Part shown: positions 40,509-49,100 of the stretch, piece by piece
Layout of the letters: each line of letters starts with the position of its first letter
Position numbering within the stretch: position 1 is the stretch's first letter
Source: Minisyncoccota bacterium
GTDB taxonomy: Bacteria; Patescibacteriota; Minisyncoccia; Phycocordibacterales; CAIZLB01
Assembly: GCA_021734945.1 (NCBI GenBank)
Contig: JAIPIA010000002.1
Location: forward strand, 258,829 to 322,828
DNA length: 64,000 nt
Reading direction: 5' to 3'
Program-made: the position numbers and the translations under genes
Notes under the pieces: model-generated
What the model saw: only the letters and a program-made list of their open reading frames with translations
Told to the model about the DNA's origin: nothing
The model's database searches: none

Positions 40509-41759
40509 ATGAAAAATATATTCAAAAACACATCAATCGTATTCCTTGTGGTTTTTGTAGGTATCACCTCATATTATATTCCCCTCAAAGTTAACAATAT
40601 TGACCCTCGTATAGAAACCTACACTGTTTTTTCAAATACCCTTTCTTATGTATCAGAGACATCTTTCCAGCTATTAGCGACGGTAGCGGGTTCGACAAAA
40701 AGTATTAAAGGAATGCTAAACGGCCAACCTTTAAACATTTTTACACTTGAGCCGCTTTCATATCTTAAGCTACAAGCCCCAATTTTTGATCTTCTCCCCC
40801 TATTCTTCTCAAGTTCAACAAAAACTACAAGCCAAAAAAATGGAAACACGAATCCAAACAACAAAACTCTAGATGATTCACTAAACCAAACTAGCGCTCC
40901 TATTATTGCAAAAAAAGAGACAAAACAAGAAGACGCAATTGTAAACATATTTTGTTCGCAAAAAATAATTGTAAACGGCAAGGTAAGCAACCAAAGAAGA
41001 ACTATTACGGGCAGTGGTGTCCTTATTAATAAAGACGGTACAGTACTCACAAACGCGCATGTAGGACAATTCCCTCTTCTCTCTGAAAAAGATCCCAACG
41101 TTGTATGCCTTGCTCGTTATGGGAACCCTGCTAGTGGATCTCTATCAGTTAAAGTAAGCTTTATTTCTCCAGAATGGATTAAAGAATATGGGAAATATGT
41201 AAATACAGAAGGCACAGCACAAACCGGAAAATCAGATTTCGCTCTACTAAAAATTGGTTTACCTAAGCAAAATACTAACAATATAGCCATTCTATCTCCT
41301 ATCGTAGTTCAGAAGAATCTACCAGCTATAGGTGACAAGATATTTTCAATCTCTTACCCTGCGGATATATTAGGGACTAAAGGAGTTGGAGCTTCATTAC
41401 CTATGCAAAAAGAGCAATTGGCAGTAAACCGCTACTACTCAGTAGGAGTGACAACATATGATGTATTAGAAACTACTCCGAGCACAGCTGGCCAAAGAGG
41501 CTCTTCTGGTGGAGCAATAGTAGACGAACACGGTCATTTTATAGGGACAATTACGACTATTGTAAATTCAACGGTTCCCTCAAAGAAAAATATTCGTGCA
41601 ATGACTGTTGATCACACTGACACTGAATTACTTAAATATAGCAACACCAACCTAACTCAAGTAGTAAATTTTGGTTCATCTGACGTAGAAAAATCTTTTA
41701 ATCTGCAATATAGAGACTATCTTACTTCCCTTTTGAATACTTACTTGAATTCTCTTTAA
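40509..41759 (+). CDS. Membrane-anchored trypsin-like (S1) serine protease
   Basis: GSGV, TNAHV, DFALL, GSSGG catalytic triad motifs; N-terminal TM. Confidence 0.85.
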   Translation: MKNIFKNTSIVFLVVFVGITSYYIPLKVNNIDPRIETYTVFSNTLSYVSETSFQLLATVAGSTKSIKGMLNGQPLNIFTLEPLSYLKLQAPIFDLLPLFFSSSTKTTSQKNGNTNPNNKTLDDSLNQTSAPIIAKKETKQEDAIVNIFCSQKIIVNGKVSNQRRTITGSGVLINKDGTVLTNAHVGQFPLLSEKDPNVVCLARYGNPASGSLSVKVSFISPEWIKEYGKYVNTEGTAQTGKSDFALLKIGLPKQNTNNIAILSPIVVQKNLPAIGDKIFSISYPADILGTKGVGASLPMQKEQLAVNRYYSVGVTTYDVLETTPSTAGQRGSSGGAIVDEHGHFIGTITTIVNSTVPSKKNIRAMTVDHTDTELLKYSNTNLTQVVNFGSSDVEKSFNLQYRDYLTSLLNTYLNSL

Positions 41760-42123
41760 TTATAGCCACCAAAGCGTCTATACTGTCTTCTGATGCAACT
41801 TTGTTAACCTTCTCGTAGTTGCAAACCATACATCTGTGTAACACTCTGTATTCCCTTTCTGTGCCCTCAACTTTTACAGGTTTCATTAAACCACCACAAG
41901 TAGCTAGTCGATCACCTGGTTTAATATCTACGTGTTTACTATACAAACAAACAGGGCAATGGTTTGTATATCCACTTCCCTTCACTGTAACCCCACATTT
42001 TCCACAAATAAAATCCTCTTTGGTTTTTGAAAATCTTTTACCAAAAGGTTTAATTAGCTTATTTTCTTGAGATATTCTAGCTTTCTCCTCTCTTATAGCC
42101 CTATTTGCTGCTGTATCTGACAT
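41722..42123 (-). CDS. RNHCP-domain zinc-binding protein
   Basis: FICGKCG...YTNHCPVCLYSKHVD...PGDR...CGGLM...HRCMVC. Confidence 0.85.
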   Translation of the reverse strand: MSDTAANRAIREEKARISQENKLIKPFGKRFSKTKEDFICGKCGVTVKGSGYTNHCPVCLYSKHVDIKPGDRLATCGGLMKPVKVEGTEREYRVLHRCMVCNYEKVNKVASEDSIDALVAIIKENSSKYSKGK

Positions 42124-42126
42124 TTG

Positions 42127-42199
42127 TCGGAGCGCCGGGATTCGAACCCGGAGTCACCTGTTCCCAAAACAGGAATGTTAACCGTTACACCACGCTCCG
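42127..42199 (-). tRNA. tRNA-Pro(TGG)
   Basis: CGGAGCGTGGTGTAACGGTTAACATTCCTGTTTTGGGAACAGGTGACTCCGGGTTCGAATCCCGGCGCTCCGA. Confidence 0.95.
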
Positions 42200-42245
42200 A
42201 ATGACAAGCAATATATCATATAACTCGCCTAACAACAATAAAAAA

Positions 42246-42758
42246 CTATAAATTTGAATAGGATCTTACCTTTATCTTAGTAATTTTCCGCTCAATCTGC
42301 GAAGAATAGACCTCCACAACAAACCCATGAATAAAAATATCAAGACCTCTGTTTCTATACACACTCCTCAAATCTCTAAAAATACCTCTGACCGAAGAGT
42401 CACTTGAATCATAATCCCCACCTCTACTATCCAACAAAGACAAAAGTCCTAACCTTAATCTTCTGAGTTTAAGTATTTTTGTCCTAGACAGATTCTCCTC
42501 AGCTAGAAAGTTGTTATTTCTAAGCATGTTCGTACTTTCCGTCCCAAAATCACCAGAATATACAGTTTTAACCTCAAAAATATGAATATTACTATTGTAA
42601 AATGTTAAAATATCAATTTCTCCCCTCTTGAGCCTAACGTTTCTACCCAAAACTTTATGGCCTTTAGAAATTAAATAGAATTCAGTTGCCTTCTCACCGT
42701 AAGAACCCAAATTTTTACGATTAAACAAACCCTCTTTAGTATCTAGAGATAATTTCAT
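42246..42758 (-). CDS. yraN: YraN-family PD-(D/E)XK endonuclease
   Basis: LGSYGEKAT.FYL..KG, GEIDIL, IFEVK. Confidence 0.8.
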   Translation of the reverse strand: MKLSLDTKEGLFNRKNLGSYGEKATEFYLISKGHKVLGRNVRLKRGEIDILTFYNSNIHIFEVKTVYSGDFGTESTNMLRNNNFLAEENLSRTKILKLRRLRLGLLSLLDSRGGDYDSSDSSVRGIFRDLRSVYRNRGLDIFIHGFVVEVYSSQIERKITKIKVRSYSNL

Positions 42759-42810
42759 AATTATTTAAACCTAACAAAGATCACTTAAAGTAATAATCAA
42801 ATTTAAATAA

Positions 42811-42934
42811 AGTTACACATGTAACCGTAGAATACTGTTTCACATGAATCATACCTATAATTAGGCATGAAATACGCCGAATCTGTTCATACAAGCCAGA
42901 TATGTGCTTTATACACTATGTGGCACGTGAAACA
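42811..42934. promoter_or_regulatory. Cluster of parS-like palindromes
   Basis: TGTTTCACATGAATCA (42836) and TGTGGCACGTGAAACA (42919), each 14/16 to TGTTTCACGTGAAACA; AGTTACACATGTAACC (42811). Confidence 0.65.
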
Positions 42935-43067
42935 TATATAAGCCAATTTAAAATCTATAAAAGCCAGCCTTTAGAGTCCAAAATATCAAAATACCCATAT
43001 TATAAGCCATTAATTCACAGTTTTAAACAAGATACCTATTTAAGTAAAAGACAGCTCAAAATGTCTT

Positions 43068-43096
43068 TTATACACATATCCACTTAGTTATCCACA
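43068..43096 (+). promoter_or_regulatory. DnaA boxes
   Basis: TTATACACA (43068) and TTATCCACA (43088); a further TTATCCACA at 45789. Confidence 0.55.
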
Positions 43097-43205
43097 GTTT
43101 TGAATGATTATGGCTATTATCAGTAATGAACATGTATCCTTAAAAAACATTGTTTTTAGGTCTAGAATAGGTGCGAACTTAAGTAGCTATTCTACAAGGG
43201 GAAGC

Positions 43206-43251
43206 AACAATATAAAAAGACAAGGTAATATCCTTGTCTTTTTATATTGTT
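43206..43251. terminator. Perfect 20-bp hairpin after the duplicated tRNA 3' end
   Basis: AACAATATAAAAAGACAAGG-TAATAT-CCTTGTCTTTTTATATTGTT. Confidence 0.7.
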
Positions 43252-43256
43252 TATTC

Positions 43257-43448
43257 TGTGGGGTAAGGGAATCGGTCACCAGTTCCTTTTGTTACACAAA
43301 AGTCCTGTCGACCCCTCCTCCTTTGCTTCTGGTTCACTAACTAAAATCGTATTAGTTCACATCGAAGCTTCAGTCCGGCTTTCTCATCCCTCTATTAACT
43401 CTGCAAATAACAAAAACCAGCACATTCTGTACTGGTTTTTGTTATTTG
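43257..43448 (-). mobile_element. tRNA-Gly-associated 192-bp non-coding element (copy 2)
   Basis: 17/18-bp direct repeat of the tRNA 3' end (43257-43274 vs 43449-43466); same hairpin and GTGAC end as copy 1. Confidence 0.6.
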
Positions 43449-43519
43449 TGCGGGGTAAGGGAATCGAACCCTTGTCCCGTCCTTGGCAAGGACGTATTCT
43501 ACCACTAAACCAACCCCGC
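43449..43519 (-). tRNA. tRNA-Gly(GCC)
   Basis: GCGGGGTTGGTTTAGTGGTAGAATACGTCCTTGCCAAGGACGGGACAAGGGTTCGATTCCCTTACCCCGCA. Confidence 0.96.
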
Positions 43520-43586
43520 ATTCATATATTATTACGATTATAGCAAAATTGTTTTCTAAAGAAACCTTTCATTTCTACAAACCGTG

Positions 43587-43658
43587 TGCACCCACCAGGA
43601 TTCGAACCTAGAATAACGGTTCCGAAGACCGTTGTGATATCCATTTCACCATAGGTGC
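43587..43658 (-). tRNA. tRNA-Arg(TCG)
   Basis: GCACCTATGGTGAAATGGATATCACAACGGT-CTTCGGA-ACCGTTATTCTAGGTTCGAATCCTGGTGGGTGCA. Confidence 0.93.
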
Positions 43659-43740
43659 ATATGTATTTTTCAATACAAGGACAATATTACATTAAAATAG
43701 CAAAAAATCAAAGGTTGTATTACTATTTGAGATGTTATAC

Positions 43741-45303
43741 ATGAAACAGACAATGAACACACTTAATAAGCCTAGCTATATAGATATCCGAAAGATTAAC
43801 TCTGATGCACTCAGTGTGGTCAAACGTATTCAAGAAGCTGGCTATGAAGCGTATCTAGTAGGAGGTTGTGTACGCGATTTGATAATGAATAGAGAGCCTA
43901 AAGATTGGGATGTTACTACAAACGCGAAACCTGAGCAGATTATAGCCATTTTTGAAAAGACCTTTTATGAAAATACCTTTGGTACAGTAGGGGTAGTTAT
44001 ACTTAAACCAACAGACGCTAAAGAGGAAGTAGGGGACAAAGAGGTACAGAAGCCGAAAGAAGTCCTTATGATAAAGAATGAGGTAATAGAAGTTACACCT
44101 TATCGAGTGGAATCTGAGTACAAAGATGGAAGAAGACCTGAGAGTGTGACTTTTAGTGATCATATTGAAGATGACTTAAAGAGAAGAGATTTTACAATCA
44201 ACGCTTTGGCTTTTGATCCTATAAAAGACATTCTTATTGATTTGTTTGATGGAATAAAAGACATAAAAGACAAAACAATACGGGCTGTCGGTAACCCTCT
44301 AGAGAGATTCCAAGAAGACGGGCTCAGAGTACTTAGAGCAGTGCGTTTTAGTGCAGAATTAGGTTTCACGATTAACAAAGATACTCAAACTGCCCTATAT
44401 GATTCACGTGAAATGCTTGAAAAGATAGCTAAAGAACGTATAAGGGACGAGTTCTCAAAGATTATCATGTCTGATTACCCAATGGTTAGTCTTTTTATGT
44501 GCCAGAAGCTAGAAATTCTTAAATATATTGTTCCCGAGCTTGAAGAGGGGGTCAATACTGAGCAAAATCAAGCCCATTCATATACTGTCTTTGAGCACCT
44601 CTTGAGAAGTCTACAGTGCGCAGCTGATAAAAAGTACCCTTTTGAAGTAAGATTGTCAGCACTACTCCATGATATTGGAAAACCTGAGTCTCGACGTTTC
44701 TCGAAGGAGAAGAAGGACTATACTTTCTACGGACATGAGGTGATTGGCGCAAATATGGCTAAAAAGATACTTGAAAGACTCAATTTTCCACGTAAAACCA
44801 TTGATTTAGTATACAAATTTGTGCGTTGGCATATGTTTTTTTCAGATACAGAACAAATTAGCCTTTCAGCTGTTCGTAGAATGATTGCAAATGTGAGCAG
44901 GGAACATATATGGGATTTAATGAATCTCCGAATATGTGATCGTGTGGGAACAGGCAGACCAAAAGAAAACCCTTATAGGCTCCGAAAATACACTGCAATG
45001 ATAGATCAGGTGCTTATGGACCCTGTTTCAGTATCAATGCTTAAAATAGATGGCAAGGAGCTTATGGAAGTGTTACACGTGGAACCTGGACCAAAGATTG
45101 GCCTTATTTTGAATGCATTACTAGAAGAAGTTATAGAGGATCCCACTAAAAATGATCCGGCAAAGCTGTCTGCAATCGCTGAACGTTTGAATAACCTAGA
45201 TATTAAAGAACTTATAGAAAAAGCTGACAATGGTAAAAAATTAAGAGAAGATAAAGAAAAGGAAGCTTTGGATTCGATATTGAAAAAACACCACGTTTCA
45301 TAA
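43741..45303 (+). CDS. cca: CCA tRNA nucleotidyltransferase with HD domain
   Basis: VGGCVRD, DWD, RRDFTINA, EDGLRVLRAVRF, LHDIGK. Confidence 0.92.
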   Translation: MKQTMNTLNKPSYIDIRKINSDALSVVKRIQEAGYEAYLVGGCVRDLIMNREPKDWDVTTNAKPEQIIAIFEKTFYENTFGTVGVVILKPTDAKEEVGDKEVQKPKEVLMIKNEVIEVTPYRVESEYKDGRRPESVTFSDHIEDDLKRRDFTINALAFDPIKDILIDLFDGIKDIKDKTIRAVGNPLERFQEDGLRVLRAVRFSAELGFTINKDTQTALYDSREMLEKIAKERIRDEFSKIIMSDYPMVSLFMCQKLEILKYIVPELEEGVNTEQNQAHSYTVFEHLLRSLQCAADKKYPFEVRLSALLHDIGKPESRRFSKEKKDYTFYGHEVIGANMAKKILERLNFPRKTIDLVYKFVRWHMFFSDTEQISLSAVRRMIANVSREHIWDLMNLRICDRVGTGRPKENPYRLRKYTAMIDQVLMDPVSVSMLKIDGKELMEVLHVEPGPKIGLILNALLEEVIEDPTKNDPAKLSAIAERLNNLDIKELIEKADNGKKLREDKEKEALDSILKKHHVS

Positions 45304-45334
45304 GAAACATTAAAAAGTTGAAAAGACGGGAACA

Positions 45335-45660
45335 AAAAAGACCGGCGTTAGCATGACGACGGAAGGGAACAAAAAAACGAGAACAAACAAAGAACAAATA
45401 AATAAATTTAGCGTCAGCTAAGGCCAGTCTTATGAGACCGGAAACTTTTTGACATCTGTAGTCGCGATTAAGGGAATGGTGGGAAGTGAAACTCAAGGAA
45501 AGAATTTCAAAAAATGTAAGTATATTGGGAAATTTTCCTCTATCTTACCTCTTACCAAACCTTATCGACCTACCTGTGTCGATATTGTGAATGTACAGGT
45601 GTCTTATGCAGTGAAACCCTGACCTGTCCTTTATTATATGTCCTTTACAATAAATGTAAA
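45335..45660 (-). ncRNA. Candidate ~300-nt structured ncRNA with own promoter
   Basis: TTTACA-N16-TATAAT promoter, multiple hairpins, hairpin plus U-tract end, no convincing ORF. Confidence 0.4.
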
Positions 45661-45838
45661 CAGACACAGATTAATTTTTTAAATTATTTTGTTTATAAAA
45701 GACATGGTTGCAAAAAATCATTTCTACGTTGGATATAAAGGACATTTTAGGTGTCTTCAAGATAAATGAAATTCAGTCGTTAAACTAGTTATCCACAGGC
45801 TAAAAATATTTTGAAATATATTTTTTAAATTATGAAAA

Positions 45839-46636
45839 TTATAAATCGATTTCGAGTGAAATAGGGCAGTGGTCTGAACCATATATATCCTGATGAATTT
45901 TAGCTTCAATGATTTTTTTATCCTGGGTTTTATCTACTAGGAAATAATCGATTCTCCACCCGATGTTTCGGTTTCTAGCACCACTCTTTACATCCCACCA
46001 ACTATAAGCATCTCGAGCTTCAGGATTTTTAAAACGAAAAGTATCAATAAAACCTTCCTCTATAACACTACTAAGCCATTCTCTCTCAATAGGTAAAAAG
46101 CCAACATGGTTAGAGTTTTCCTTCGGACGAGCAATATCAATCTCCGTGTGAGCTACGTTTAAATCGCCACAAAATACGATCTTTTTACCTTCATCTTTAA
46201 GTTTTGTTATGTATTTTTTAAAAGCCTTATAAAATCTAAGTTTATATTCTAGTCTACTAACATCACCGCCGCCGTTGGGAAAATAACAATTTATAAAGAC
46301 AAATTTTTTGAAATATAGTGCAATAAATCTCCCTTCTTGATCTATTTGCGTAGCTTTTGAGGAGTCAGAAACTTCGACCATCAAATCTGTATCAACAGTT
46401 TCTGGTATTTCTTTTGTATATACAACAACTCCACTGTATCCTTTTTTAACTTTTGAGTGGTCAAAATAGCTTCTATAACCGTCTATATTGAGCAATGAAG
46501 AGTCTAGTTGGTCTGGATGGGCTTTTGTCTCTTGGAAGCAAAATATGTCAGGATTTTGAGATAAAACCCAATCAAGACAACCTTTTTTACTCCATGCTCT
46601 AATACCATTTACATTCCAACAGATAATTTTTTTCAT
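45839..46636 (-). CDS. xth: Exodeoxyribonuclease III / AP endonuclease
   Basis: WNVNGIRA, QETK, GDLNVAH, GWRIDY, GSDHCP. Confidence 0.96.
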   Translation of the reverse strand: MKKIICWNVNGIRAWSKKGCLDWVLSQNPDIFCFQETKAHPDQLDSSLLNIDGYRSYFDHSKVKKGYSGVVVYTKEIPETVDTDLMVEVSDSSKATQIDQEGRFIALYFKKFVFINCYFPNGGGDVSRLEYKLRFYKAFKKYITKLKDEGKKIVFCGDLNVAHTEIDIARPKENSNHVGFLPIEREWLSSVIEEGFIDTFRFKNPEARDAYSWWDVKSGARNRNIGWRIDYFLVDKTQDKKIIEAKIHQDIYGSDHCPISLEIDL

Positions 46637-46683
46637 TTAGTTCTTAAATTATAGCACCTGGGGAGTATTTCAAAACGCTGTGA

Positions 46684-47718
46684 TTACTTTTTCTTACCGT
46701 CCTGCCTACTATGGAAAGTCTTGTGAATCTCTCTTAAGTGTTTATCAGTAACATGGGTATAAATCTGAGTAGTTGTTATATTTGCATGTCCCAATAGGGC
46801 CTGTACTGAACGCAAATCAGCACCATTTTGAAGTAAATCAGTAGCAAAACTGTGACGAATAACGTGAGGAGTGACTTTTTTTGAAATTCCCGCCTTAACA
46901 GCATAGTATTTCACTAGTCTTTCTATAGACCTTGGGGTTAAATCAAACAGACGAGAACTTGTCAGAGACTTATTTTTAGCCAGATAATCACGAATAGCAG
47001 ACTTTGCGGCCGGTGTTAAAAAAACCACTCTAACTTTTTCGCCCTTACCTCGTACCGAGAACTCATCTTTTGAGACATCGAGATCACGCGGAAGAGAACA
47101 CAGTTCAGATACTCGCAATCCTGTAGAGTAGAAAAGCTCCAGAATAGCCTTATCTCTAAGCTTTTTCTGTTCATCTTTCTCCTGATTTGGGCCGTCTAAA
47201 AACCTCTCAAGTTCCTCACTACTTATCAGGTCAAGAGACCTCTCGGGAACCTTAGCAAGCTCGATATTGTCTGCAGGTAGGGAACTTATAGATCTTTTTG
47301 CAAGATATTTTAAAAATGACCGCAAAGCAATCAAATAGTAGTTTTGAGTCCTTTTTTTGAGGGTTTGAGCTCCATATATGCCACCGACGCCATTTTTAGC
47401 CTTATTTTTAGCTTCAAAACTCCCTGGTCTCTCCCCTAAGGGCTTACGATTGAGCCAAAGCCGATACTCACGAAGATACTCTGTACTAATCTCACGTGGA
47501 TCAATATGCATATTTACAGGAATTGCGTTTAAACCCTTATTTTTAGCTATATTATCAGACAAAAAATCAAGAAATGAAGTGATATATCTGTCATAATTTT
47601 CAACTGTTTTGAGAGATCGACCTTTCTCGATTTCGATATATTCTAAAAATTGCCGCTTTAATTGGTTTAAACTAAGTGTATTACTACTCTCGCTCATATG
47701 GTTTATATTTTGCGACAT
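46684..47718 (-). CDS. Tyrosine recombinase, XerC/XerD family
   Basis: TGLRVSEL, GKGEK, HVIRHSFAT, LGH...TQIYTH (R-K-H-R-H-Y intact). Confidence 0.92.
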   Translation of the reverse strand: MSQNINHMSESSNTLSLNQLKRQFLEYIEIEKGRSLKTVENYDRYITSFLDFLSDNIAKNKGLNAIPVNMHIDPREISTEYLREYRLWLNRKPLGERPGSFEAKNKAKNGVGGIYGAQTLKKRTQNYYLIALRSFLKYLAKRSISSLPADNIELAKVPERSLDLISSEELERFLDGPNQEKDEQKKLRDKAILELFYSTGLRVSELCSLPRDLDVSKDEFSVRGKGEKVRVVFLTPAAKSAIRDYLAKNKSLTSSRLFDLTPRSIERLVKYYAVKAGISKKVTPHVIRHSFATDLLQNGADLRSVQALLGHANITTTQIYTHVTDKHLREIHKTFHSRQDGKKK

Positions 47719-47821
47719 GATTCCTATTAGTATAGCAAACTCTTTGGACTAAACATCCTTTTATTTAACAGGGTTCTAGGGGATTGTTTTATTTGAACTT
47801 GTGTGCTAGTATCCTGCTATC

Positions 47822-48097
47822 ATGCTTACAAAGTCAAAGAAGCAAAAAGTTATCAAAGACGTGGCAATTCACAAGGAAGATACAGGTTCTGCCGCTGTTC
47901 AGATTGGTTTGCTTAGTAAAAAAATCGAGGAGCTTGCAAAACACCTCAAAAAACACGCCAAAGATAATCACTCTCGACGTGGATTACTACAGATGGTTGC
48001 TGATAGACAAAAACATATGAAATACCTTCAGAAAAAGGATCCTAAGACATATGATTCTGTTCTCAAGAAGCTCGAACTCAAAAAGAAAGCTGCGTAG
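47822..48097 (+). CDS. rpsO: 30S ribosomal protein S15
   Basis: DTGS..VQI, HAKDNHSRRGL. Confidence 0.98.
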   Translation: MLTKSKKQKVIKDVAIHKEDTGSAAVQIGLLSKKIEELAKHLKKHAKDNHSRRGLLQMVADRQKHMKYLQKKDPKTYDSVLKKLELKKKAA

Positions 48098-48122
48098 TCT
48101 ACACTAGACACATAAGATTTCA

Positions 48123-48153
48123 AGAAAAATCGCTATACACAGCGGTTTTTCTT
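48123..48153 (+). terminator. Terminator after rpsO
   Basis: AGAAAAATCGCT...AGCGGTTTTTCT. Confidence 0.6.
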
Positions 48154-48314
48154 TTAGCTATTTACTTAGTTTTTATTTGATATAATAAGAAGAACAGATA
48201 GATTTGTTTTGATTAATTTCAATGCACATTATTATCTGCAGATTTTTATATTTGAGGTGCTCATATTGCACCATTTTTTAAGATTATTTTATTTATTTTT
48301 AACATTTATATAAC

Positions 48315-48998
48315 ATGACAGTTATTAAACACAGCGAACAAAGAGTAGGGGTATTTATAGATGCCCAAAACTTATACCACAGTGCAAAAAACCTATACAA
48401 TGCACGTGTAAACTTTGGCGCGATTATGAAGGAAGCAGTTGCAAACCGCGCTCTTATTAGAGCAATTGCATATGTTATCAGCACAGAGAATGGGGAAGAA
48501 AAGAATTTTTTTGAAGCACTAGGAAAATTAGGGATTGAAGCAAAAACAAAAGACATACAGATTTTTAGTAGCGGAGCAAAAAAAGCTGACTGGGATGTAG
48601 GACTTGCAGTAGACGCAATCAAAATGGCACCTAAACTTGATACTATTATCATAGTATCGGGCGATGGAGACTTCACGCCTCTAGTCGAATATCTTCAAAC
48701 AAACGAAGGTTGTCAGGTAGAAGTTATTGCTTTTGGTAAATCTTCATCAAGCATGTTGCGAGATATTGCTGATGACTTTATTGATATGTGTCAGGAACCT
48801 AAAAAATACGTAATACAATCAAACAGTCCAATGAACTTTTCTCGACAAACAGGGCCAACAGGACCAAGAAACTCTCCAGCTAGGTCTCCTCAATCTCGAC
48901 CAAACAGAAAAAGACTCCCTCCAAACAAAAATATACAGGCACTGAATTCTGACCTCGCAGGTACTTTTGATGACGTATCCCCAGACGACTTAGAATAA
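48315..48998 (+). CDS. NYN-domain (LabA/DUF88) PIN-like protein
   Basis: VFIDAQN, KKADWDV, SGDGDF. Confidence 0.9.
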   Translation: MTVIKHSEQRVGVFIDAQNLYHSAKNLYNARVNFGAIMKEAVANRALIRAIAYVISTENGEEKNFFEALGKLGIEAKTKDIQIFSSGAKKADWDVGLAVDAIKMAPKLDTIIIVSGDGDFTPLVEYLQTNEGCQVEVIAFGKSSSSMLRDIADDFIDMCQEPKKYVIQSNSPMNFSRQTGPTGPRNSPARSPQSRPNRKRLPPNKNIQALNSDLAGTFDDVSPDDLE

Positions 48999-49100
48999 AA
49001 TTTATATCAGACTAGAAAGTGTAGAGAACATTTAAAAAGAAAACTCCAAATTGGAAGAATTTTACATCTTGGTGGTTTTTTTGTGTATAATTATAAAAAT

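Noticed and set aside
43257-43279. Additional tRNA gene or intron-split tRNA
   Set aside because: Only the 3' 18 nt match; no D-arm, anticodon arm or 5' acceptor strand is recognisable.
45500-45560. GAGGAAAA on the minus strand resembling the RNase P P4 motif
   Set aside because: Not followed by GUCC and no matching 3' P4 strand found; kept only as an unidentified ncRNA candidate.
46684-47718. Prophage or ICE integrase
   Set aside because: XerC/D-type sequence flanked by housekeeping genes (xth, rpsO); no phage genes or flanking att pair.
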